A stretch of DNA of 32,258 nucleotides, taken from the sequence record SRR16203515_1898. One strand, 5' to 3'. This document shows positions 1 through 10,454 of the stretch, in pieces (position 1 is the stretch's first letter; the number at the start of each line of letters is the position of its first letter). The notes under the pieces were generated by a model. The model worked only from the letters and a program-made list of their open reading frames with translations. It did not search any database and had not been told where the DNA came from. A program made the position numbers and the translations under genes.

Positions 1-29
1 TGACGGTTCAAGTCCGTCCTCAGGTACCA
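1..29 (+). tRNA. 3' end of a tRNA, probably tRNA-Leu (truncated by the window start)
   Basis: T-arm GACGG-TTCAAGT-CCGTC, then acceptor strand CTCAGGT, discriminator A and encoded CCA at 27-29. The anticodon is outside the window, so Leu is inferred from sequence style only. Confidence 0.8.
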
Positions 30-42
30 TTATCAACAAAGC

Positions 43-67
43 AACCTGCCATCGAGCAGGTTTTTTT
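43..67 (+). terminator. Intrinsic terminator after the tRNA
   Basis: AACCTGC-catcga-GCAGGTT stem-loop followed by a T run. Confidence 0.8.
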
Positions 68-181
68 ATGCCTGAAATTTGGTCATTTGTTTAGGTGAGC
101 AGGTTTAGCTGACTTTTAGCTAAAACCAAGACATGAAAAAGGGCAATCAATGAGTGCCCTTATTATATATTCTGCTAACGC

Positions 182-1315
182 TTAGCTCTTTAAGATCTCT
201 AACGGCAATGCCAGCATTTGATCGCCAGAGGCAGCAAAGTACCAGATGATGCCGATTAGTGCGCCAACAGTTAAGAAGTACCAAACGGCTGAGAAGATTT
301 GGCCGTATCTGTCTAGCGGTAACAGGTGGCTTTGGTGACGGGTTTTCCATTCAAATACGATTTCTGCACTACCAATCAATAGTAAGAAGCCGAGTAGGGC
401 CAAACCAAGGGAGTAACTAATATAAACCCCGACCGCCGCACCTAAAATACATGCGATTAAGCCCATCACACTGTTCATTGAAAAGCTGATGCTCTTTAAA
501 ATATGGCCGCCATCAAGCGGTAATATAGGGAGCAGGTTGAATAAGTTTAATAAGGCATTAAAGGTGGCTAGGCCGGCAAAGAAGATATTGCCTGTGATCC
601 AGTAAGCAATAAGCGATGCTATCGACATTAATAGGCCGAAGGTTGGCCCCATGATTGAAATCACCACATCTTGCCAGCGAGTATTAATTTTCTCGTCACT
701 GAGCGCAAGGCCTCCCATAAATGGGATGAGGTAAATACCTTTAGTCTTCATGCCAAAATACTTCATTGCGCGAATATGGCCGTACTCGTGGAAAACCAGG
801 CAAGCAATTAACGCGAGTGCAAACTGAAATGAAAATAACCATGAGTAGGCTGCTACGCTAGCTCCGGCTAAAAGCACTTTAATTACCTTGGCGCTTTTCA
901 GCAGTTTAAAACCAAGTGATGCTAAGCCGATAACGCTGAATTGTCTTTTCTCGGCAATAGCAACGGTTGGTGTTTGGCGTTCAATGTCTTTAGTCGTACG
1001 TTGGCCACTGGTGATTACTTCATCGTCTTTGAGTAAACGGTAATCGATGACAAAAGGTTGCCACTGTAAGTCGGTTTCTAAAGTAATTTTTATCGTTGGA
1101 GTGATAATAGCCTCTGCAGACTCTGAGCCTTCAAAGTCTGCGGGAGTAGGTGCTTGGGTTGCCAGTTCAAAGGTATGGCTTTTTAGCCCTTCATTATCAG
1201 GGCTTGCTTGAATGACGGAGACTAAAGCATCGCCCCAAAATAGTTGCTGCCAGCCTGCGAGTGAGCCTTCAAGGCGCAGTGGTTTCCCAAGGCAATCGAT
1301 TTTCAATAATTCCAC
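182..1315 (-). CDS. Site-2 protease (peptidase M50) family membrane metalloprotease with a soluble N-terminal extension
   Basis: HEYGH zinc motif, NLLPILPLDGG motif, several hydrophobic helices; GTG start. Confidence 0.9.
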   Translation of the reverse strand: MELLKIDCLGKPLRLEGSLAGWQQLFWGDALVSVIQASPDNEGLKSHTFELATQAPTPADFEGSESAEAIITPTIKITLETDLQWQPFVIDYRLLKDDEVITSGQRTTKDIERQTPTVAIAEKRQFSVIGLASLGFKLLKSAKVIKVLLAGASVAAYSWLFSFQFALALIACLVFHEYGHIRAMKYFGMKTKGIYLIPFMGGLALSDEKINTRWQDVVISIMGPTFGLLMSIASLIAYWITGNIFFAGLATFNALLNLFNLLPILPLDGGHILKSISFSMNSVMGLIACILGAAVGVYISYSLGLALLGFLLLIGSAEIVFEWKTRHQSHLLPLDRYGQIFSAVWYFLTVGALIGIIWYFAASGDQMLALPLEILKS

Positions 1316-1428
1316 GTTTTATCTCTAAAGCGAAAAGTCAGTTAATTATGCCGTGAATAGCCAGCGTATTGAAAGTCGAAAGCATACAAAAGGCCTATCG
1401 AGCCTGATGTACTGACAATAATTGACCA

Positions 1429-3093
1429 TTAGTTGCTGTAATCGAAATAGATCTCTTGGTTTTTATTGTGGATATGACAAGGACCATGCTCTCTTTGTGT
1501 ACGCTGAAAAACATTGCCGATATGGATTTCGACATTAGAATAAACGTGCTTGAGGGCGTGGACACAATAGTTTTTATAGTAGTTATCGACTTCAAGTTTT
1601 AGCGCGTCGTGCTCTAGTTCTTCTTGCGCTCTAATAGTTGCCATTCTGCGCTTTTCATCAAGCATTACGGTAACTTGCTCAACCATCATCGCATCCCCTT
1701 GCCATTGCTCTTTTGGTGGCAGCTTTCTTAATTGCGCTTCAATATTTAGCATGGCAACGACCATGGACTTAATACTCTGATCCAGTTGCTTGAGCTGTGA
1801 TTTGAGTTCACTGAGATCCATGGCACAAAACACTTCAGTTTTGGTGTCTGCGGTAGCGCCAATGGCTACGGCTTGTATACCTTTATTGGCCTCTGCTTTG
1901 CCACCGACTAGATCGCCACGTCTGCCTGACGAATCGCTAACAATAAGCTGTTGCTGAGTTTGGCTATGGCTGTGTAGCAGTTGTTTAGTTACCAAAATAT
2001 TAGCCTGTGCCTGTAAGCGAGAATATTGCACAAACTGCGCACTAATCTGCCCTTGAGCGACTAACGTTGTTGATAGGCTGAGATCTTTTAATTGACGACC
2101 AATGACACCTTTACTGACGGTGATATCGCCTTTTGCATGCAGTGTGGCTGAATCGACAAAGCCCATTACAGTAATGTCGCCCGTACTTTTGACGACCATG
2201 CCTTCGCATACATCGCCTGTGATTAAAATACTGCCTTTGAAATCGACGTTGCCATAGCCCACATCGACGTTTTTTATCTGCAGTACGTCATCAACTTGCA
2301 TACCTGTTTTATTTTCAACAGGTTGGCCAGCCACAGTGGCAATAAGTTGATTAGGGTTTTTAGGGTTGAGTTCCGTGCCTGAACCTGCAGTGAGTTTTAG
2401 ATCTTTTCCGGGTTTAGCGATTAGCTTTTCACCATGAACGTTGTAGCCATCAGTCCCAGGTGTTGCCGGTGTTTTTTCAATTAATAAACTGCCAGGCTTG
2501 ACCATTATCATTGCGCCAAGGTTACGCATATCAACAGTGCCATCACTGTTAGATTGTGGCTGCAATAAGCGCTCTCTCGCTAAAGATACTTTACGCTCTA
2601 ACTTGGCTGCTATGCCGTTAATGGCTGCACGGCCACTGGCAATAACGCCTGCGCAGCTTTTACCCGGAGCAAGTGTCGCAAACTCAGTTAGTAAGCTATC
2701 GATTTTGGCTTTACTGAGCCCCATGCTTATTCGTTGCAACTTAAGGTTTTGCAAGATATCTCTGATATCAATACTCTTACCACCATAAGCGGCCGTGAGT
2801 TGCATGCTAGCTTGCATTTTATCATCGCTGATCTCAAAGCTAATCGCAGCATCACGTTTATCAGCAATTTCAAAAAATAGCTCTATATCGCCATCGGGTT
2901 GGTTATTTAATTGATTAACTTGAATAACAGCTTGAGTGATTTGCGCTTGAAGGGGGAAGAGGTAAGCAAAGTCTGGCAGGGTTAATAATTGCTGCAGATC
3001 TTGCTCTGAAATCGGCCCATGTGTATTAGGGATGATTTTTAATTCGGCTTTTTGTTGATCATGACTTAGCTCTATGAGCCCAGGATGTAGCAT
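1429..3093 (-). CDS. DUF342 family protein (flagellar-assembly FapA-type; unrelated to amyloid FapA)
   Basis: 554 aa; GTVDMRNLG, GNVDFKGSILITGDV, beta-helix-like repeats and a C-terminal coiled coil typical of DUF342; GAGG RBS. Confidence 0.85.
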   Translation of the reverse strand: MLHPGLIELSHDQQKAELKIIPNTHGPISEQDLQQLLTLPDFAYLFPLQAQITQAVIQVNQLNNQPDGDIELFFEIADKRDAAISFEISDDKMQASMQLTAAYGGKSIDIRDILQNLKLQRISMGLSKAKIDSLLTEFATLAPGKSCAGVIASGRAAINGIAAKLERKVSLARERLLQPQSNSDGTVDMRNLGAMIMVKPGSLLIEKTPATPGTDGYNVHGEKLIAKPGKDLKLTAGSGTELNPKNPNQLIATVAGQPVENKTGMQVDDVLQIKNVDVGYGNVDFKGSILITGDVCEGMVVKSTGDITVMGFVDSATLHAKGDITVSKGVIGRQLKDLSLSTTLVAQGQISAQFVQYSRLQAQANILVTKQLLHSHSQTQQQLIVSDSSGRRGDLVGGKAEANKGIQAVAIGATADTKTEVFCAMDLSELKSQLKQLDQSIKSMVVAMLNIEAQLRKLPPKEQWQGDAMMVEQVTVMLDEKRRMATIRAQEELEHDALKLEVDNYYKNYCVHALKHVYSNVEIHIGNVFQRTQREHGPCHIHNKNQEIYFDYSN

Positions 3094-3271
3094 CGAACAC
3101 CTCTAGTATCTTTTATTGTTTTAAGAGATTGCTAATACCAATATAACCATATAAAAGGTGGGTAAAAAAGCTTCAAGCACAAATAGTGTGAATCAAATAA
3201 AACAAGCGATACTAGTCGCCTAAGTTGCTGATAGTGCCAACAACTAAGGCGATAGACAATAAGGGCGGTAA

Positions 3272-4300
3272 TTAAGCTTTAGTGTTGCTATAAATTTTGT
3301 ATTTGTTGTTTTCTGCAGCGACATTAACTGAACCGAAATATTCCGCTATGGTGTCTGAGTATGGTAGGTGACGATTGGCAACAATGTGAAATAAGCCGCC
3401 AGACTGCAAATTTTTAGCGCTGTCTTTAACAAAGGTGGTTGCGATATTAGTGGTGCTTGCTAAGCCATCGTGAAACGGTGGATTTGAAATAATACCATCG
3501 TAGCGATTATTGGTTTGTGCAAGTCCATCAGAGGCAAAAACCTTAGCGCTAAAACCATTAGCTGCAAGGGTTAACTCACAAGAAGCTAAAGCCATCGCAT
3601 TAATATCAACACAATCTATTTTTAACTCTGGCTGCACTTTTAATAATGCCGCGGCAATAACACCAGCGCCGCAACCAAAGTCGAGCACTTTTCCGCGCAT
3701 CTTCGGTAAATTTTCAAGTAGCAGCTGCGTGCCTTCATCAAGCTTTTTCTCGCTAAATACACCAACTAGATTACAGATAGTAATTTGGCCTTGAGGCGTA
3801 TCAAGTTGGTACTTACTTTGCCAGTCAGTAAGAGTTAACTTTGGTGCAGCGGCATTTAGCTCACTTAAAAATACAACACAGTGACGTGCGTTATCGGCTT
3901 TAAATGGCTTGTCAAAGTAGCTAGGGAGCTGTTTAGGCAGTGACTTGATACCACCTTTGTTTTCACCAACGACAATCAACTGGCCTTGAGATTTTAGGTG
4001 CTTTGCTGCCAAGTTAAATAGGTAAGGTGCTAAAGCTTTAGCTTTAGGAAAATAAACAATAACCGTATCAAAGCTATCGTCATTAGGTAGTTGATGACCA
4101 AAGTGCAACGTTAAGTTTTTAGCTGCATAAGGCAACATCATCAAGTGGTGGTGATAATCTAATGCTAACCCGCACACACTGCTAGCAGTGTTGAGAAGTT
4201 CTTTTGGTAGGTGGTCACTTTCATAGTTAATAACCAATACAGATTGGTCTTTAACGAGTTCACTATTTCTGAGAAGGACTTGCGAAGCGTTGGTTAGCAT
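3272..4300 (-). CDS. rsmC: 16S rRNA m2G1207 methyltransferase
   Basis: [12 protein letters not shown] motif, ISNPPFH, YFPKAK and GENKGG in the N-terminal domain; 342 aa. Confidence 0.93.
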   Translation of the reverse strand: MLTNASQVLLRNSELVKDQSVLVINYESDHLPKELLNTASSVCGLALDYHHHLMMLPYAAKNLTLHFGHQLPNDDSFDTVIVYFPKAKALAPYLFNLAAKHLKSQGQLIVVGENKGGIKSLPKQLPSYFDKPFKADNARHCVVFLSELNAAAPKLTLTDWQSKYQLDTPQGQITICNLVGVFSEKKLDEGTQLLLENLPKMRGKVLDFGCGAGVIAAALLKVQPELKIDCVDINAMALASCELTLAANGFSAKVFASDGLAQTNNRYDGIISNPPFHDGLASTTNIATTFVKDSAKNLQSGGLFHIVANRHLPYSDTIAEYFGSVNVAAENNKYKIYSNTKA

Positions 4301-4384
4301 GAGTTTTCAAGGTCGAGGTTTAATTGGCTGCAATTATACCGTAACGGCTTTGGAATGCGAATTTGATAATATCGAAGCTTGAGC

Positions 4385-4412
4385 AAAAAAAGACCGCTAA
4401 ACTAGCGGCCTT
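4385..4412 (-). terminator. Intrinsic terminator downstream of the alkaline phosphatase gene
   Basis: Minus strand: AGGCCGCTA-gtt-TAGCGGTCT followed by T7. Confidence 0.75.
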
Positions 4413-4459
4413 ATGAGTTTGTTCTGCACCTTGAGTGACGCGTAACTTTGTGGGATGTG

Positions 4460-5764
4460 CTATTTAGTCCACGGCAATAAGCTCATCATCTTTTCAGCAA
4501 TATCGGTATTGTCTTGATTGCCTTTGAAAAGATCGGCTGCAGGGCCGGCTGCAAATACCTGCACATCGCCACCAGTGTGACCTGTTGTGGTCCAGCCGGT
4601 AAAGCTGCGGGTATCAATCAGCTGTTTTAAGCTAGTTTCCAATGCTTGTTTGCCTTGCATACGCGCATTGCTTAGTCGTTGTAATTCAGTGTCAGTGACT
4701 TCAAAACCAAGCTTGTCGTTAATGAGAGTTTGCCAGCTATCAATAGCAATGGCTTGCTCTGCAATACTTGCTGGGCTGGCTTTAATGCCCTGCAGTAGTT
4801 GGGTATCCCAAGCATACTCTCCGTTAGCACCAATAGATAAACCGCCAGTATTATGGTCGGCGGTTACCACCATTAAGGTGTCTGGATTGGCACGAACAAA
4901 TTGCTCTACCACTTCAATAGCGTTGGCAAAACCATGCATTTCACCCATTGCCGTGGCGATATCATTATTGTGGCCAGCCCAGTCAATTAGGCTACCTTCA
5001 ACTAACAACACAAAGCCTTTGTCATTTTGTGACAATAAATCAAGCGCTTTTTGAGTGAGGAGGCTGAGCTGAGTTGAGTCTTGCGTGTCGATAACCCAAG
5101 GCAGTTGCACCTCGGCAAACAGTCCAAGCGCTTTGCCTTGGGTGATACTATTTAGCTGTGAAAAGTCATCAATGTGTTGATAACCTTTCGCTTTAAACTG
5201 TTCAAGCAGAGCCTCTGAAAAGTACTTTTGTCCACCGCCTAGAATCACGTCAGCGTCAGCGTCTAAGTAACTTTTAGCTATTTCATCGTAATTGCGGCGG
5301 CTTTCATTATGCGCTAAATAGGCCGCCGGCGTAGCATGGTTAACTTGCGAGGTAACAGCAACACCCGTTGCCATACCGCGCTCTTTAGCCATTTGCATTA
5401 TGGTGGTTAACGGACGCTTGTTAATATCAACCGATATCGCGCCGTTATAACTTTTGACGCCTGTAGCTAATGCTGTTGCTGAGGCGGCTGAGTCGGTGAC
5501 AAAGCCACTTTGTCTTGCCGGGTAGGTTGAAGCCATACCGACAAGTAACCTATCAAAAACTGTTTGCTCTATCTCTTCAGTGTCAGGGTTATTTTGGTAA
5601 TAACGATATGCACTGGTATAGGCAGGCCCCATACCGTCACCCACCATGATAATCATGTTTTTAGGGCGCGACGGCGCATCATGAATATCGAGATTTGCCG
5701 CAGCAAATAGAGGTAACATAACTAGGGCGCTAATGGCCCAAGTTAATGTTTTTGTTAAGTTCAT
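4460..5764 (-). CDS. phoA: Alkaline phosphatase (PhoA family), exported
   Basis: Signal peptide; GDGMG, TDSAAS (catalytic Ser), HATPA, VEGSLIDWAGH, TADH and HTG metal-ligand motifs. Confidence 0.92.
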   Translation of the reverse strand: MNLTKTLTWAISALVMLPLFAAANLDIHDAPSRPKNMIIMVGDGMGPAYTSAYRYYQNNPDTEEIEQTVFDRLLVGMASTYPARQSGFVTDSAASATALATGVKSYNGAISVDINKRPLTTIMQMAKERGMATGVAVTSQVNHATPAAYLAHNESRRNYDEIAKSYLDADADVILGGGQKYFSEALLEQFKAKGYQHIDDFSQLNSITQGKALGLFAEVQLPWVIDTQDSTQLSLLTQKALDLLSQNDKGFVLLVEGSLIDWAGHNNDIATAMGEMHGFANAIEVVEQFVRANPDTLMVVTADHNTGGLSIGANGEYAWDTQLLQGIKASPASIAEQAIAIDSWQTLINDKLGFEVTDTELQRLSNARMQGKQALETSLKQLIDTRSFTGWTTTGHTGGDVQVFAAGPAADLFKGNQDNTDIAEKMMSLLPWTK

Positions 5765-5778
5765 GCCGATTCCTTTGG

Positions 5779-6732
5779 CTAAGCTGTTTTATTTATACGG
5801 GCTTCAATAGCATCCATTAGCATGCCGGTGATATCTACATCGAATGCTGCTTGAATTTCCTTAATGCAAGTTGGGCTGGTAACGTTAATTTCAGTTAGTT
5901 TGTCACCAATAACATCAAGACCTACAAAAATCAGGCCGCGCTTTTTCAGTTCTGGGCCAATAGTGCGAGCGATATGCCAGTCAGACTCCGAAAGTGGTTG
6001 TGCTACTCCGCGACCACCTGCTGCTAAGTTACCGCGGGTTTCACCTTTTTGTGGAATACGCGCAAGCGAGTAAGGCACTGGTTCGCCATCTACCACTAAA
6101 ATCCGCTTATCACCTGCTGTGATATCTGGGATAAAGGCTTGTGCCATCGCGTATTGGGTCCCTTCTGCAGTAAGGGTTTCGATGATAACACCTAGGTTAG
6201 GGTCATCTTTTTTCACTCTAAAGATTGAGCTACCGCCCATGCCATCTAATGGCTTAAGGATGATGTCACCTTTAGCTTGATGGAAAGCGCGAATTCGCTG
6301 CTCATCGCGGGTAACGATAGTTTCTGGGGTGAACTCAGAAAACCAAGCTGTAAAAAGTTTTTCGTTAGCATCACGCAGGCTTTGCGGCTTGTTTACAATC
6401 AAAACACCTTGTTCTTCTGCACGCTCTAGCATGTAAGTGGAGTAAACAAATTCGGTATCAAATGGTGGGTCTTTACGCATTAAAATAACGTCTAGATCGG
6501 CAAGCGGCGTGTCGATAGCGTCTTCTAGCTGGTACCAATTTTTTGGGTCGTCTTGAACCGTTAACGCGCTCATGGTCGCCATTGCCTGGCCGTTAACCAT
6601 GGCGAGGTCTTTCATCTCCATGTAGAAAAGCTGATAACCACGGGCCTGCGCGGCCATTAACATTGCAAAGCTAGAATCTTTCTTGATGTTTATGTCGCTG
6701 ATGGGATCCATCACGATGCCGAGTTTAATCAT
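5779..6732 (-). CDS. gshB: Glutathione synthetase
   Basis: IVMDPI...KDSS, MRKDPPFD, KPLDGMGG, RGNLAAGG, TEINVTSPT; lies downstream of rsmE. Confidence 0.97.
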   Translation of the reverse strand: MIKLGIVMDPISDINIKKDSSFAMLMAAQARGYQLFYMEMKDLAMVNGQAMATMSALTVQDDPKNWYQLEDAIDTPLADLDVILMRKDPPFDTEFVYSTYMLERAEEQGVLIVNKPQSLRDANEKLFTAWFSEFTPETIVTRDEQRIRAFHQAKGDIILKPLDGMGGSSIFRVKKDDPNLGVIIETLTAEGTQYAMAQAFIPDITAGDKRILVVDGEPVPYSLARIPQKGETRGNLAAGGRGVAQPLSESDWHIARTIGPELKKRGLIFVGLDVIGDKLTEINVTSPTCIKEIQAAFDVDITGMLMDAIEARINKTA

Positions 6733-6830
6733 GGAGCATTTCCTTATCTTATATTCGTTTCAACGATGAATATGGGGGCTATGTTGCCGGTTTTCCAGCG
6801 TTTAACCGATAAACTTTTACTAATATAGCG

Positions 6831-6859
6831 AGTGGCAAATCAATTAGGTATTTGCCACT
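6831..6859. other. Inverted repeat between rsmE and gshB (possible mRNA hairpin or operator)
   Basis: AGTGGCAAAT-N9-ATTTGCCACT perfect 10-bp stem with no U tract. Confidence 0.5.
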
Positions 6860-6883
6860 GCATGACAAGCGATTAATCAATCT

Positions 6884-7615
6884 CTAGCCGATATCACCGA
6901 ATTTAAGCTGCAGCGCACTGATGGTGGTGAGCGCGGCTGTTTCAGTACGAAGCACTCGTGGGCCAAGCAATACGTCGGTAAATTGATGTTCTTCTGTCAT
7001 GGCGATTTCAGGGCCTGATAAGCCGCCTTCTGGGCCAATAACCAGTCTTACGCGATTGTTTGGTAGTGTTAAGCCGTTGACACCATGAGAAGCTCGCGGG
7101 TGCAAGTTAAGCTTCACCGCATCAGATTGTTCTGCGCACCAGTCTACTAATTGCATTGCTGGGCGCACAATTGGCACCACGCTGCGACCTGACTGCTCAC
7201 AAGCGCTAATAACAATCTTTTGCCATTGCTGAATTTTCTTCTCTAAACGTTCGCCTGTTAGCTTTACACCACAGCGCTCTGAAAACAGAGGTGTAATAGT
7301 GTTAACACCCAGCTCGACCGACTTTTGAATGGTAAAGTCCATTCTGTCACCACGAGAGATCACTTGGCCTAAATGCAAGTTAAGTGGCGACTCACTATCG
7401 TTGGCCTCACAACTAAGGACCTTAACTTCAACGTTTTTCTTACTGGCACTGACAATTTCAGCAAGGTAATCATTTCCATCGCCATTAAATAAGCTAACTT
7501 GCTCACCTGAAGCCATTCTTAATACGCGGCCTACGTGACCAGCCGCTTCTTCATCTAAAGCAACCGATTGGTCGACAGTTAATGTTGATTGTTGATAAAT
7601 TCTTGGCACTCTCAT
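6884..7615 (-). CDS. rsmE: 16S rRNA m3U1498 methyltransferase
   Basis: [40 protein letters not shown]. Confidence 0.97.
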   Translation of the reverse strand: MRVPRIYQQSTLTVDQSVALDEEAAGHVGRVLRMASGEQVSLFNGDGNDYLAEIVSASKKNVEVKVLSCEANDSESPLNLHLGQVISRGDRMDFTIQKSVELGVNTITPLFSERCGVKLTGERLEKKIQQWQKIVISACEQSGRSVVPIVRPAMQLVDWCAEQSDAVKLNLHPRASHGVNGLTLPNNRVRLVIGPEGGLSGPEIAMTEEHQFTDVLLGPRVLRTETAALTTISALQLKFGDIG

Positions 7616-7628
7616 GATGTTACAAGCC

Positions 7629-8372
7629 TTATTCTGCGTAAGTCGTTGAGTTATTTAGGCGCTGACACTGAGCTTGAACAAACTCATTGTGGTTGCCTTG
7701 TACTTTGGCAATCTCTTGGTCACGTCGACATTCCATAGTATCAACTGGGTAGGTTTTATCCCATGCTTTAAATAACTTTAATTGGCTGCTGGATATTTTC
7801 AATCCGTAAGCTTGTTGCATATAGAAATAGGTGCGAGCAATTTGGCCACGAGTATGGGCTGGTGGTTGTACTTTACGGCCTTTGAAATCAACAGTGAATT
7901 GGCACTCACCATATTGAGTTGGCTTGGCATTCCACTGACTAAAGCGATAGTTACTGCGGTCGCCGTTCACTTCGCCAATTGCTGGTACTAAATTGTGTAA
8001 ATCTGATTCCATTTTTTTAAAGGTGCGATCTTTTCGGCCACAGTTTTTACGACCACCTTCTTGCCAGCAAAGTAATTGATGGCCGAACTCCCAAGCAGGA
8101 ACAACATGTTTCCATTCTATGCGTGAGGCGCGCACTTTTTGTTTACGAATTTCATAGCCACAAGTATCAAGCTCTGGGATCCATTTCTTGCCTTTCACTG
8201 TGATATCACAGCCGCAGTAAAAACTGGTTTGTGGCAGATTATTGAGGTAAATCTTACGTATATTTTTTTTCGCTTGGTTAAAGCTTTTTGCATGACCGGT
8301 TGAAGCATAAGTTGTTTGAGGTAACAGCCACATAAGGCCGAGCGCTACTGCGAGCACTTTGATAAATGACAT
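7629..8372 (-). CDS. endA: Periplasmic endonuclease I with an E->K change in the EWEH motif
   Basis: Signal peptide, FYCGC, RIEW(K)[39 protein letters not shown]; sprT-endA-rsmE-gshB order. Confidence 0.93.
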   Translation of the reverse strand: MSFIKVLAVALGLMWLLPQTTYASTGHAKSFNQAKKNIRKIYLNNLPQTSFYCGCDITVKGKKWIPELDTCGYEIRKQKVRASRIEWKHVVPAWEFGHQLLCWQEGGRKNCGRKDRTFKKMESDLHNLVPAIGEVNGDRSNYRFSQWNAKPTQYGECQFTVDFKGRKVQPPAHTRGQIARTYFYMQQAYGLKISSSQLKLFKAWDKTYPVDTMECRRDQEIAKVQGNHNEFVQAQCQRLNNSTTYAE

Positions 8373-8629
8373 CTAAAAAATCCCTAAAAAATATCGCGAT
8401 GACGAAACGTATGTTCGTTTGGGCGGGATTGTAAGTGAGCAGCGCGTTAGCTGCAATGGTAGAGAGAGCTGCAAAGCGATTACCGCATTGTTTATTGTCA
8501 TTTACGAATTCGTTATGACAAGCGTTGGCTGTTTGCTCTTTTTGCCCGAGGTGCTTGAGATGGCTTAAATAGCGGTATTTATTCGATATTACTTAGGTAC
8601 GAAACTTAGGTACTAGTAATGGTTCTGAC

Positions 8630-9187
8630 TCAATTTGACTGTAACTGGCTGCCGCACTTACGACAGCGATATTGAGTTTCTCCTCGTAATACTTTGTTAT
8701 GTCTGCGGACACTGAGCTTTATTGGCCCGCAAAGGCAGAAATAGTCAAAGGTTTTGCCTTCAACGGCTGTGGTATCAAAGCTATGTGTGGTGCGAGGTTG
8801 TAGGTTAAATACTTGCAGCATAAGGCTTTGCCATTCGCGGCCGTGGGGCTTTACTCGACCAAAAACTTGTGCGGCGAGTAAGTGGCAAATTTCGTGTGGC
8901 ACCACTTCATCAATAAAGGCTTGATGATTAGTTTTAAGTAACGTGGCATTAAAGCGCAGCTTGTTTAGCTGCAAGTGAGCAGTGCCCGCACTTTTGCCTC
9001 TAAGTGCAAAATTGATCTCTGGCCTTGGAAAAGAGCGATTAAGTTTCGTTTCGGCTATTTGATAACAATGCTCTACTTGCTGGGCGATCAGTTGCTGCTG
9101 CGGGTCGTTAAATGTCAAAGTCTGGCTGTTTTTTGCACGGATAGGCGTATTGGTTCGCGATTTAAATGGATTAAGCGCTTTGAACAT
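8630..9187 (-). CDS. sprT: SprT family zinc metalloprotease
   Basis: RGKSAGTA, HEICH, PHGREW, C-terminal CxC and CxxC. Confidence 0.92.
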   Translation of the reverse strand: MFKALNPFKSRTNTPIRAKNSQTLTFNDPQQQLIAQQVEHCYQIAETKLNRSFPRPEINFALRGKSAGTAHLQLNKLRFNATLLKTNHQAFIDEVVPHEICHLLAAQVFGRVKPHGREWQSLMLQVFNLQPRTTHSFDTTAVEGKTFDYFCLCGPIKLSVRRHNKVLRGETQYRCRKCGSQLQSN

Positions 9188-9293
9188 GAGTAATTAAATT
9201 GATTTGATGAAGCCTTAGTAAGCATTCTAACTGAGCGTACAGAGGCTGACCAGTTGGTCTGATCCAGCCTCAAAGATTTATTAATGTAGCGCT

Positions 9294-10454
9294 TTAAAGG
9301 GTTGCGGCCGCAGCCTTAACCATGTCTCTGACCTGATTGACTATATCGGTTTCAATTTTTGCATCGTAAGCTGCAATTCGTGGAGTATGGATATGGCCCA
9401 CTGGAATGCTGCTATTAAATTGGTTTTTCAGCAATATAGCTCGGTATGAGATCTCATTAGATAAGTATCCGCCGCCAGAGCCTTCAACGGAAGTGGCGTT
9501 GGTTAGTTGCGCTAATGATTTGGCTTTAAATTCGCCTTGCTCCAAGGTTGATACAGTGTGGTTATCGATAACTTTCCATGGCCCTTGAACACTTTGCATA
9601 GCGTTAATTGGCAAAGAGAACTCGACAAATTCAGGCCCAGTTAACTTACTGCCGTTAAAAGGCGGGGCGATAGGGGCTTGTTTGTTTGCGCCTGTAAGCA
9701 CATTGAGGTTGTCTGGGGCCGCAGCACTGCGATTTAAGCCTGGAAAGCGTTCAATATCAAAATCTTCACGCCCCATACTCACAGTAAAAATCATATCCAC
9801 ACTGTTATCGCGATAAATGGGGGTGAGTAACGACTCAATCATGCCCTCATCGAAATCGGCAAAGCGAACAGGGATCATTACGGTTTCAATTTGCACTTGT
9901 TTGCCATTAACCTTAAAGCGATAACCATCAAGCGCTAAAGCGGTTAACCCAGAGGGGTTGCTTTGGTCGATATTTTTATCAAGAAAGAAAGGATCAAAGC
10001 CCGTTAGTAGGATTTTGATATCGTTATCAGTTTTAAAATCAATATCACTAAATCCACGAGATGACTTCTCTACGGCATCAACTAAAATATCACGCTGCCA
10101 AGCGGCTAATGCAAAGTTAGGCTGTTGAGTTTTAAGTTTTTCACGGATGGCTAAGCGGCTCCAATATAAAGAGCGGTCATCTTGATGGCCTGATTGCACA
10201 TCACGCACGGCTTGTTGCCATAATCTTAAGCCTTGGTTGGCAACCATTTGGGTTATTTTAAGCTCATCAGAGTGACGGCTGTACTTGTCACTAAGCTGAC
10301 TAACAAAAACTTGATAACGGTCAACGACTTCAGGTATGGCTTGTTTTGCTGTAGGTAGACGTGACTCTTCAACATCTAATTTTGCCCAAGCTGGTTGACA
10401 TATTGCTGCCATGGCGAGAGTTGCGCTAAATAAAGCCGTATTAAAAACAGTCAT
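9294..10454 (-). CDS. Exported pyroglutamyl-peptidase I (C15)-like protein with Ser in place of the catalytic Cys
   Basis: Signal peptide; ILLTGFDPF, SNPSG, DIERF, GGGYLSNEI, GHIHTP. Confidence 0.8.
   Translation of the reverse strand: MTVFNTALFSATLAMAAICQPAWAKLDVEESRLPTAKQAIPEVVDRYQVFVSQLSDKYSRHSDELKITQMVANQGLRLWQQAVRDVQSGHQDDRSLYWSRLAIREKLKTQQPNFALAAWQRDILVDAVEKSSRGFSDIDFKTDNDIKILLTGFDPFFLDKNIDQSNPSGLTALALDGYRFKVNGKQVQIETVMIPVRFADFDEGMIESLLTPIYRDNSVDMIFTVSMGREDFDIERFPGLNRSAAAPDNLNVLTGANKQAPIAPPFNGSKLTGPEFVEFSLPINAMQSVQGPWKVIDNHTVSTLEQGEFKAKSLAQLTNATSVEGSGGGYLSNEISYRAILLKNQFNSSIPVGHIHTPRIAAYDAKIETDIVNQVRDMVKAAAATL

Noticed and set aside
1-150. tRNA 3' end as the attachment site of a genomic island
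   Set aside because: No integrase, no second copy of the tRNA end noticed in the window, and core genes follow directly.
1429-3093. DUF342 'FapA' as the missing fapA of the amyloid operon
   Set aside because: Name coincidence only. This is the cytoplasmic flagellar-assembly FapA family (554 aa, no signal peptide); amyloid FapA is a small exported protein.
2498-7991. Antisense ORFs in the track (2498-2788, 3510-3794, 4587-5054, 5864-6073, 7782-7991) and similar ones at 12962-13315, 18293-21472, 27172-27621 and 30927-31199
   Set aside because: They lie within or opposite well-supported genes, have no motifs, and are explained as shadow frames.
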